A stretch of 33,232 bases of DNA from a bacterium. GTDB lineage: Bacteria > SZUA-182 > DTGQ01. Numbering within the stretch: the first letter of the stretch is position 1; every line of letters begins with the position of its first letter. A program made the translations under genes and the position numbers. Below, in pieces: positions 26,167 to 33,232 of this stretch. The stretch covers positions 1-33,232 of the forward strand of contig JBFMGO010000067.1 of NCBI GenBank assembly GCA_040752695.1, given 5' to 3'. The notes below the pieces were generated by a model, which was not told where the DNA came from, did no database searches, and was given only the letters and a program-made list of their open reading frames with translations.

Positions 26167-29100
26167 TTAAACCTTCGCTGTATCCGGTTCTATAATCTCT
26201 CTCAAAGTTCGAAGAAGATTATGCGGATTAAAAGGCTTTTGGAGAAAGCTGAATCCTCTCTTTTGTATCAGAGGCCATTGCGACTTTTGGTCAGTATAGC
26301 CGCTCGTCAGAAGAACCTTGAGTGCCGGGTAGTGTAAAAGAAATTGCTCAATCAATTCAGGGCCGCTCTGATCAGGTAATACCACATCACTTAAGACCAG
26401 ATTGAATTCCTCTTTTTTCTGCTCAAAAATAGTGAGTGCCTCCTGTGCATTTGACGCCTCGGTTACCGTGTAGCCATTTTCCCGAAGTACTCTTACCGTC
26501 ATTCTCCGGACATCCTCTTCATCTTCCACCACTAAGATCCGCTCACCATTTCCCTGAAGACCTTGTAAGGAGATGAGCCCATCTATCGAATCTTCTTCCG
26601 GTATCAGGGAAGATGCGGGCAGGTAGATATGAAATACGGCCCCTTTTCCCGGCTCGCTGGAGATATCGATCCATCCTTTATGCTGTTTGACGATTCCATA
26701 CACTACAGCCAGTCCCAGGCCGGTACCCTTTCCCATGCCTTTGGTGGTGAAGAAAGGCTCAAAGATTCGGCTTATCGTTTCTTTGTCCATACCCGCTCCC
26801 GTATCTTCAATGGAGAGGCGAACATACCGGCCTGGCCGTGCTTCCGGGATGGCAGCAGCAGCGAAGTTTTCCCCGAACGTTACATTCTTGGTCCTAAGGG
26901 AGAGCCTGCCGCCATTCGGCATGGCATCTCTTGCATTGACCACAATGTTCATAATCACCTGCTCGATGTTTCCCTCGTCAGCTTGAATTGACCATAGGTC
27001 CGGCCCAAGCTCAGTATTAATGAGAATGTCCTCGCCGATGAGGCGGTGAAGCATTTTAATCAGGTTATCAACTGTCCTGTTAAGATTGAGGGGAACGGCC
27101 TCCATTGGCTGTTTGCGGCTGAAAAGAAGCAACTGACGGGTAAGATTGGATGCCCGGTCAGCAGCAAGATGCACACGATTCAAGTCCCTGAATAAGCGAT
27201 CCGCCTGGTCGACTTTCATCATGGCCATGCTGGTATAGCCCTGGATTGTGGTCAAAAGGTTATTGAAATCATGGGCTATTCCTCCAGCCAGAATACCGAT
27301 GGCCTCCATTTTCTGAGACTGAAGGAGTTGCACCTGGATTTTGGCGTTTTCTTCCTCCGCCCGTTTATACCCGGTAATATCCCTGCCATAGAGATTGGCG
27401 TAATCAGCGTCAGCTATAGGTGCGATAAAGAATGAAAAGACATGGTTATTGCAGCTCAATTCCATTTCCCTATTCTGCCTGGAGTCAAAAGATTCCCTTA
27501 TTAACTGATAGTACTTATCCGGCAGATATTCCCCGATAGCTCTGCTCCATTCAGTTAATAATGGCAAGCTGGCACTATTGGCATATAAAATTTTACCATC
27601 CCTGGCAACACGCATAATAGGGTTTGGGTTTTCTGCAGGTAATTTCGCAAGAAAGTTGATCTTATCTTCAGCCTGCTTGCGCTCGGAAATATCTATCCCC
27701 TGGGCTATGGTGGCTAATAAGGTTATACCGTCTTCTGCATAAATGTTTGCTGAATTCCAGAGCACATAATGTATATCTCCTGTCTTGCCGCGGATAGGAA
27801 TTTCCACTGCCTGCCAGTATTCTCCGCTCAAGGCGCGGGTTAATTTGTGCAGTGATTCGTTTTGGTTTGTTTCAGAGAAAAGTATATCCACTCTCCGGCC
27901 AATGACTTCATCAGCCGCATACCCGGTAAGGTGCTCGAAAGCTCGATTGAAGCGTGCGATGGTCGTATCAGGATTCCAGACAATGATTGGTGCATTAGCG
28001 TACTGAATCAGCTTCTCAAGGTAATCGCTCGTCTCCCTCAATGCATTCTCCACCTGCTTGCGCTCGGTAATATCTGTTACGAGAGCTATCGCTCCGATAA
28101 AGTGCCCGCTATCGTCGAAAAAGGGTGTCGTTGCCAGACTAGCATAGACCGGTAATCCATCTTTGTGAAGAAGCTCAAACTCAACCCGTTCCCCGATGCC
28201 CTGTTTGCATCGCTCAAAATAGTATTGAGCAAGGGCCGCATTCTGCTCGGCCATGAATGAAAATAGTGACTTACCCAGTATTTCATCTACCGAATAGCCG
28301 AGCATATCGGCAAAGCGAAAATTAACGAAAGTTACTTTAGCCTCTTTATCGATAGTCCAAATACCTTCCTGGGCATTCTCGACGATCAGGCGAAACTTCT
28401 TTTCGCTTTCCCGCAGTGCGTTCTCGGCCTGTTTTAGTTTTGTAATATCCTGGATGAATCCGATGATCTTGAGTGGATTGCCGGCTGCATCAGCAAAGAC
28501 TTCCGCTCTCCCCCGGAGTATGCATATAGAGCCATCGCGGCGAATACCCCGGTGCTGGTACTCGAAAGGCTTTTTATCGCGGCAGGCTTTTTCGAACAGG
28601 GCTCTTACATAATCCTGATCATCAGGGTGGACAAGTTGTGTCATATGCTCCCCAAGGGATCGGGTTGAGTCCTGGCCTTCAATACAAAAAATTCTATAGA
28701 GTTCTTCAGACCAGATTACCTCGTCTTTGGCGATATTCCACTCGAAACTGCCCACATGGGCAATCCTTTGTGCCTCGACCAGTTGCCTCTGGCTGTTTCT
28801 CAACTCCGCAGTGCGGGCCTGCACTATATCTTCGAGATAGGAGCGGTACCGGTTTAATTCCCCTTCCACCCTTTTTTGTTCAGTAATGTCCCGTTCAATT
28901 GCCGAGGCACCGATAATCCTGCCTGTTTTATCTCTTATTGGTGAGATGGTGAGGTTTATATCAATTTGCTTTCCATCTTTTCTCAAACGTACCGTCTCAT
29001 AATGACTGATACTTTCTCCTCGTCTTATCTTTTCAAGGACTTCTGATAACTCACCAAGACGTTCAGGGGGAAATATAAGTGAAATGGAACGGCCTATGGC

Positions 29101-29901
29101 CTCTTTGGCCGAATATCCATATATTTTCTCGGCCCCCTGGTTCCAACTGGTAATGATGCCATCAACGGTTTTACTGATAATGCCATCAGATGTGGATTCA
29201 ACGATAGCGGCCAGTCGAGAGCGCATCTCCTCATTCTGCCTGCGCCCGGTGATATCGTTAAAAATTACCACAGCGGCTGTAATCTTTCCTTCACTATCAC
29301 GGATCGGGGCAGAGCGGATACTTATCGTACCGTGAGTACCATCACCACGTAAAATATCGGCTTCCTCATCTATGACCACCTCCCCGTAGAGCACAGAACG
29401 GCCCAGTGGCCACTCTTCTCCCCGATAAGGCCGCCCATCTTCGAGGTGAAATCCTTTCCATTTTCCGTATTCCTCGACATTGGCGGATAAAAGGACAGGC
29501 TGCCGCCAGATTTCCTCTGTCTGTTTATTGCCCAGGACAATCCTTCCCGAAGGTGCCTCGGAAATAACTATGGCAGATGGTATTTGCTGCATCACTGCTT
29601 CAAGCTTTCCCCTCTCCTGCCGGAGTTGCTCATTAACCTGCTTTAATTCTTCACGCTGGCGTTTGACGATCGTTGCTTCCATTAAAAGGCCAAAAAGGGT
29701 AAAGAGTGCAATGACGATAAGACGTATGAACAGATCCTTTTGATCTAAAGGGAACAGGTGTTCGATGAGAGTACCTTGATAGGTATAGGCATATATCGCT
29801 GATTTCGTAATCCAGTAGAGAATCCCCAGACCAAACCCTGACACCATGAGATGGTTTGTTATTATGTCTTTGCATCTTAGAGGCTTATCCTTTTCATTCA
29901 T
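26167..29901 (-). CDS. Membrane-anchored hybrid histidine kinase: 2 TM + about 6 PAS + HisKA + HATPase + REC
   Basis: Two N-terminal TM helices, six PAS/PAC units, AHDFNNLL, NIVVNARDAM, GKGTGLGL, REC VVEDE..SDVVLP..TSGY..QKPF. Likely start is ATG 29901 (MNEKDK) after AAGGGA; the ORF track extends to 29952. Confidence 0.93.
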   Translation of the reverse strand: MNEKDKPLRCKDIITNHLMVSGFGLGILYWITKSAIYAYTYQGTLIEHLFPLDQKDLFIRLIVIALFTLFGLLMEATIVKRQREELKQVNEQLRQERGKLEAVMQQIPSAIVISEAPSGRIVLGNKQTEEIWRQPVLLSANVEEYGKWKGFHLEDGRPYRGEEWPLGRSVLYGEVVIDEEADILRGDGTHGTISIRSAPIRDSEGKITAAVVIFNDITGRRQNEEMRSRLAAIVESTSDGIISKTVDGIITSWNQGAEKIYGYSAKEAIGRSISLIFPPERLGELSEVLEKIRRGESISHYETVRLRKDGKQIDINLTISPIRDKTGRIIGASAIERDITEQKRVEGELNRYRSYLEDIVQARTAELRNSQRQLVEAQRIAHVGSFEWNIAKDEVIWSEELYRIFCIEGQDSTRSLGEHMTQLVHPDDQDYVRALFEKACRDKKPFEYQHRGIRRDGSICILRGRAEVFADAAGNPLKIIGFIQDITKLKQAENALRESEKKFRLIVENAQEGIWTIDKEAKVTFVNFRFADMLGYSVDEILGKSLFSFMAEQNAALAQYYFERCKQGIGERVEFELLHKDGLPVYASLATTPFFDDSGHFIGAIALVTDITERKQVENALRETSDYLEKLIQYANAPIIVWNPDTTIARFNRAFEHLTGYAADEVIGRRVDILFSETNQNESLHKLTRALSGEYWQAVEIPIRGKTGDIHYVLWNSANIYAEDGITLLATIAQGIDISERKQAEDKINFLAKLPAENPNPIMRVARDGKILYANSASLPLLTEWSRAIGEYLPDKYYQLIRESFDSRQNREMELSCNNHVFSFFIAPIADADYANLYGRDITGYKRAEEENAKIQVQLLQSQKMEAIGILAGGIAHDFNNLLTTIQGYTSMAMMKVDQADRLFRDLNRVHLAADRASNLTRQLLLFSRKQPMEAVPLNLNRTVDNLIKMLHRLIGEDILINTELGPDLWSIQADEGNIEQVIMNIVVNARDAMPNGGRLSLRTKNVTFGENFAAAAIPEARPGRYVRLSIEDTGAGMDKETISRIFEPFFTTKGMGKGTGLGLAVVYGIVKQHKGWIDISSEPGKGAVFHIYLPASSLIPEEDSIDGLISLQGLQGNGERILVVEDEEDVRRMTVRVLRENGYTVTEASNAQEALTIFEQKKEEFNLVLSDVVLPDQSGPELIEQFLLHYPALKVLLTSGYTDQKSQWPLIQKRGFSFLQKPFNPHNLLRTLREIIEPDTAKV

Positions 29902-30037
29902 ATATCGGCTATCCCTTACTTCAAAAAATTTTACCAATGCCATTTTTGACAAAAGCGAAAATCTTGCTTTTGACAGATTACAGGATTATTTTATTTCACT
30001 TAATATGTTACAATTAATATCATTTTAACCTAATCAT

Positions 30038-30066
30038 ATTATATAACAAGCTATTATTGAGAGCAA
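30038..30066 (-). promoter_or_regulatory. Candidate sigma70 promoter of the hybrid kinase gene
   Basis: Minus strand TTGCTC-17 bp-TATAAT in an AT-rich intergenic region. Confidence 0.6.
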
Positions 30067-30167
30067 TCGATATTTGTAAAGGATGGATGCCCTTTGGACG
30101 GGCCTGACCGTGAGTAAAGAGGAAAGGGGACAAGCGTAATTTTCCGGCGACAAGTGTCAAACGAACA

Positions 30168-30214
30168 ACAAAAATAAAACCGTTTCCCCTGTCCTTTATA
30201 AGGACAGGGGAAAC
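30168..30214 (-). terminator. Rho-independent terminator of the redox operon
   Basis: Perfect 15-bp stem gtttcccctgtcctt-tat-aaggacaggggaaac (30182-30214), followed on the minus strand by GGTTTTATTTTTGTTG, about 28 bp after the stop at 30242. Confidence 0.88.
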
Positions 30215-30241
30215 CGGTCGCATAATTCCCGTGGCCTGTGC

Positions 30242-31537
30242 TTACAGAGCATAACCCGCCTGCTGTAATTGCTGGTATAATCCCCTGGCCTTGTTCAGGG
30301 TGTCGAAAACGAGGGAGATACTCATGGTGGCCCCGGTGACTGAGTCGTATTCCGGCTGGAACTGGTAGGTGTGTGTAAGGTGTCTGCCCACGATTTTTTC
30401 TTTTAATTTTCGGGTATCCACTGTCGAGAGGGGTTCATTGCCGTATTTCGTAATATGAAGAGGAAGAAAATCGGTAACGACACCGTTCTCATTAAAAATG
30501 ATGAGAAAATAAATCGGGTGACAGACATCGCATAGGGGGAACCGGTTGTATACCTTGGCAAACCAGCGTCTTTTGCCTGCCTCTTCTGCCTTGCCCGCCG
30601 GGGAAAGGGAATCGATAATGTAGAGACCGTCATTTTCAGGATACCCGGGCCAATCCTTTTTCTGAATAGACAGACGGTGCTCTTTTCCCAGGCGCTCTTT
30701 TTCTCCAGGCAGCTTTTGATCTTTTATTTTTTCACCATTGAGAATGACCTGCCGGATTTTGTTTTGGATTTCTTCTTCTGACCACGAAGGTTCGATGGTC
30801 TTGCTCTGATGAGCTTCGAGAGCTTTTTTTTCTGGATTCTCGTGAACCGTTTCCATGAAAGAGGCCAGATCGAGAGAGGCAAGCTTTTTTAATTCGGCAA
30901 GCAGGATATCTTCGTTTTTGATAAGGCCAAGGTATGACCTGGCCAGTAATACCCCATCCGGTGATTGCCGGAGGATCAAGAGGTAGGGAGTGCCTCCGGG
31001 ATTACCGAATGCTTCATAGGCGGCAAATTCCGGATCAGGGATAATGGGAAAAGAGACCATTTTTTCCTCCTGGAACCGCTGGATCTCTTTTGAGTTATTG
31101 CCTGCTCCGACTGCCAGCATCTTGATTCGGTCGCGCAGGATCTTATCTTTTGAAATCTTCTGGTAGAGATTATTCAGAATGGGAGCTTGAGCCATACAGG
31201 AAACGCAGTACCGGTTTAAAAATTCCAGGACAATGTAATCGGCCTGAATTTCCTGGAGGGAGAAAACTCTGTTTTTATAAAAATAAAAATCGAACAGGCT
31301 CGTGGGGATGCCAAGGTACAGGCGCTCTTCCCTGGTTAAGGTATCACGCAATGGAATGACGGGAACTTTACCGCCAGCCTGAAGTTGTGACCTGATCTTT
31401 GGGTAATCGCCCGCTGGAATCAAGACAGGCAAAAGGAACATAAGCGAAACGAACAAAGGCACAAGGAGCAGTGAGATCAACAAGCTGATTTTCCCCTGCA
31501 TCATTCTCATCATCAGCATAATTCTCATCATTCTCAT
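30242..31537 (-). CDS. Exported redoxin (TlpA/AhpC-TSA-like, CxxC) fused to a CxxCH-containing FMN-binding (RnfG/NqrC-like) domain
   Basis: N-terminal TM/signal; IVLEFLNRYCVSCMAQAP..FPIIPDP..GTPY (thioredoxin fold with cis-Pro); PLCDVCH; YDSVTGATMS. The exact start is ambiguous among several ATGs at 31501-31537. Confidence 0.8.
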   Translation of the reverse strand: MRMMRIMLMMRMMQGKISLLISLLLVPLFVSLMFLLPVLIPAGDYPKIRSQLQAGGKVPVIPLRDTLTREERLYLGIPTSLFDFYFYKNRVFSLQEIQADYIVLEFLNRYCVSCMAQAPILNNLYQKISKDKILRDRIKMLAVGAGNNSKEIQRFQEEKMVSFPIIPDPEFAAYEAFGNPGGTPYLLILRQSPDGVLLARSYLGLIKNEDILLAELKKLASLDLASFMETVHENPEKKALEAHQSKTIEPSWSEEEIQNKIRQVILNGEKIKDQKLPGEKERLGKEHRLSIQKKDWPGYPENDGLYIIDSLSPAGKAEEAGKRRWFAKVYNRFPLCDVCHPIYFLIIFNENGVVTDFLPLHITKYGNEPLSTVDTRKLKEKIVGRHLTHTYQFQPEYDSVTGATMSISLVFDTLNKARGLYQQLQQAGYAL

Positions 31538-31680
31538 CCCCGCATCATCAGCATCATTTTCATCATTCGCATTATCCGCATTATGTCAGCTCTGTGCACT
31601 CCTCGCGGCACTTCTCCATGCATCATTCGCATCATCCGCATTATGTCAGGCATCACTTTTCGCATCACCCTTTGCAGCAT
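31490..31680. repeat. Degenerate 9-bp (ATG-rich) tandem array including a 29-bp direct repeat
   Basis: Minus-strand units ATGCGGATA/ATGCGAATG/ATGAGAATG/ATGCTGATG; catcattcgcatYatccgcattatgtcag at 31561-31589 and 31621-31649. Confidence 0.85.
31534..31680 (-). CDS. Possible 48-aa Met/Arg-rich peptide
   Basis: Hand translation MLQRVMRKVMPDIMRMMRMMHGEVPRGVHRADIMRIMRMMKMMLMMRG*; the stop overlaps the next start (ATGA). Weak RBS; may be a by-product of the repeat. Confidence 0.25.
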   Translation of the reverse strand: MLQRVMRKVMPDIMRMMRMMHGEVPRGVHRADIMRIMRMMKMMLMMRG

Positions 31681-31741
31681 TGCCCCTGGTATGCTTCACT
31701 CCGGCAGTATCCTTCGCATTATCTCTCCTCATGGCCCCGCA

Positions 31742-32341
31742 TTATTCCCCCTCCAGGATGGTTTGAGCCAGATACCTTCCCAGACGGGATGCCTCTTGAA
31801 TCGCAAAGGGATGCTTGAGAATTTCCCCTTTTTGGTCGATGCCTGAGTAGAAAAGCTGGGAAACAGGGCGGATATTCATGATCGTAAACCAGATCTTAAC
31901 GATTTGCTGGGCATTCTGGAAATACTGATACTTGTTCATTCCCCCTGCACTGAGAAAGACACCCGGAATTTTTGCTGCCGAGGGGAAAAAAGGCTTTTTG
32001 AGCAGGTACTTGGCCACCCAGCAACATTGGCTGCGGTCGATAGCTGTTTTCGTCTGCGCTGTCACACTCCCGAAAAAGACAGGAGATGCTACGATAACTC
32101 CACCTGCCTGCCTCAAGGCAGAAAAAATTTCCTGCATATCATCCTGAATCACACACACGCCGGTGTACTGGCATCCGCCGCATTCCTGGCACGGCTTGAT
32201 GTGCAATTCATTGAGCCTGATTTTCTCACCCTTAAGGCCGGCTTCCAGGGCACCTTGAAGGCAGGCCTCCGCCAACAGGTCGGTATTCCCCCGAAGGCGG
32301 GGGCTTCCGCACAGGGCAATAAGCGAGGGATCTTTGGTCAC
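31742..32341 (-). CDS. Iron-sulfur flavoprotein (Isf) / NADPH-dependent FMN reductase family flavodoxin
   Basis: GSPRLRGNT FMN loop, CQECGGCQYTGVCVIQDDM (CxxCxxCx5C), ASPVFFGSVTAQTKTAIDR; GTGA overlap with the upstream stop. Confidence 0.9.
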   Translation of the reverse strand: MTKDPSLIALCGSPRLRGNTDLLAEACLQGALEAGLKGEKIRLNELHIKPCQECGGCQYTGVCVIQDDMQEIFSALRQAGGVIVASPVFFGSVTAQTKTAIDRSQCCWVAKYLLKKPFFPSAAKIPGVFLSAGGMNKYQYFQNAQQIVKIWFTIMNIRPVSQLFYSGIDQKGEILKHPFAIQEASRLGRYLAQTILEGE

Positions 32342-33232
32342 TTTCTTTTCCTTCTCTCATAACGGGAAGAGGGCTGGTTCCCATAACTATTTGAAAAATA
32401 GGGGACTGATTGGCGTGATTTGATTACTTTTTTCATTTTCCGATAGATCAAAAACATGCTGGTAGGAATGGAAATAACGATAAAGGCCAGAAAAAAAGTG
32501 AGAACAAGGGCCATCTTTTTAGTGGCGCTCATCTGCCCTGCCGCAGGAACACCGCTGCTGCTGCCGCTGCCTGCACGCGCTGTCGCAGGATTCAGCCTTT
32601 TTGCTCCGCCTGGGGGGGGGACTCCCGGTGAATTCCCCTGCTCAACAGGCTCACGCGGTTCAACCGGCTCATCGATCTCAGTGAGCTCACCTGCCCCACC
32701 TGACACCCCCGGCACGTTTGGAAAGCCTGTCTTGCCCAGACAACTGAAATCACTGAACACTTTCGAGTTGATAATCCCCTGCAGCAGGGGTATCTTCCCC
32801 TGTTTGCTGTCACCCAGGAGAATGGGGACACTCACCACCATGCGGACTCCGGTAAAACTTTCCCCTGGTGGCCTGGGAGGAACCATTAACCATGGGGCTC
32901 CTGTCTGCGGATTTTTAAGAGCGATCTCCTCAAACTCAGGGTGATGATCCCTGAAGCTTTCGAGGTATTTTAAGATCGCCCACTCATTCTTCGATAGCTC
33001 TGAATCTTCCCTGGTCACCGGGGAGCAGTTTATCTGCTTCAGATGCTGCAGGAGGCGGGAATCTTCCGCCAACTGGCGCAAAGTCGATTCCCTCTCCCGC
33101 CCCCACTCCTCTGGAGAGGTAATCCCGGAAGATCCGAAGGAAGTGCGGAGGATTTCTCTTCGTTCTCTCAAACGGCCATTGAAGGTGTAAATGAAAAAAA
33201 TAAATACCACAAGCAGCGGAATCAGGGCAGCC
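32338..33232 (-). CDS. Hypothetical two-TM membrane protein, 5'-truncated by window end
   Basis: The frame stays open past 33210 to the edge (AALIPLLVVFIFFIY...). It has a TM, a soluble region with a Pro/Gly-rich linker, a second TM (ALVLTFFLAFIVISIPTSMFLIY) and a basic tail; its stop overlaps the Isf start. Confidence 0.7.
   Translation of the reverse strand, partial: AALIPLLVVFIFFIYTFNGRLRERREILRTSFGSSGITSPEEWGRERESTLRQLAEDSRLLQHLKQINCSPVTREDSELSKNEWAILKYLESFRDHHPEFEEIALKNPQTGAPWLMVPPRPPGESFTGVRMVVSVPILLGDSKQGKIPLLQGIINSKVFSDFSCLGKTGFPNVPGVSGGAGELTEIDEPVEPREPVEQGNSPGVPPPGGAKRLNPATARAGSGSSSGVPAAGQMSATKKMALVLTFFLAFIVISIPTSMFLIYRKMKKVIKSRQSVPYFSNSYGNQPSSRYERRKRK

Noticed and set aside
31561..31649. 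29-bp direct repeat with a 31-bp spacer, resembling a mini CRISPR array
   Set aside because: Only two copies, the repeat is itself made of 9-bp low-complexity units, it is not palindromic, and no cas genes are in the window.
31594..31818. His-rich plus-strand ORF (MHSSRHFSMHHSHHPH...)
   Set aside because: Antisense shadow of the ATG-rich repeat (CAT codons); it overlaps the Isf gene and has no evident RBS.
33..32944. Numerous short antisense or alternate-frame ORFs in the track (e.g. 2241-3008 +, 9953-10612 -, 14162-14767 -, 16149-16790 +)
   Set aside because: They lie largely or wholly within well-supported genes and show no recognisable motifs.

Overview
Gene-dense bacterial window. The gene families suggest an anaerobic diderm, possibly Desulfobacterota-like; this is an inference. 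(1) 1-9655, minus strand: the 5' part of a specialised-lipid operon of the aryl-polyene/ladderane-candidate type. In transcription order it encodes FabG, a phytoene-desaturase-like FAD oxidoreductase, FabF, ACP, a PlsC-type acyltransferase, a PaaK-like CoA ligase, a radical SAM/SPASM enzyme fused to an ApeP-like hotdog domain, a LolA-like carrier and an MMPL exporter cut by the window edge. (2) 9941-12752, plus strand and divergent: a GAF histidine kinase and a sigma54 NtrC-family response regulator. (3) An SPFH/band-7 membrane protein. (4) 14202-22641, minus strand: four secreted or surface proteins. These are two NHL beta-propellers, a PPC/NIDO/Big_5 protein with a 220-aa almost uncharged S/G/Y/W tail, and an LVIVD-propeller/IPT/Ig protein; a candidate sigma54 promoter lies between the two NHL genes. 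(5) Two tandem multi-PAS hybrid histidine kinases. (6) 30242-33232, minus strand: a redox operon encoding a membrane protein, an iron-sulfur flavoprotein, a possible Met-rich peptide and an exported protein combining thioredoxin CxxC, CxxCH and a flavinylation motif. Degenerate tandem repeats with 9-bp or other multiple-of-3 periods recur throughout. I saw no rRNA, tRNA, CRISPR array or transposase. All calls are by-eye motif recognition; no searches were run.
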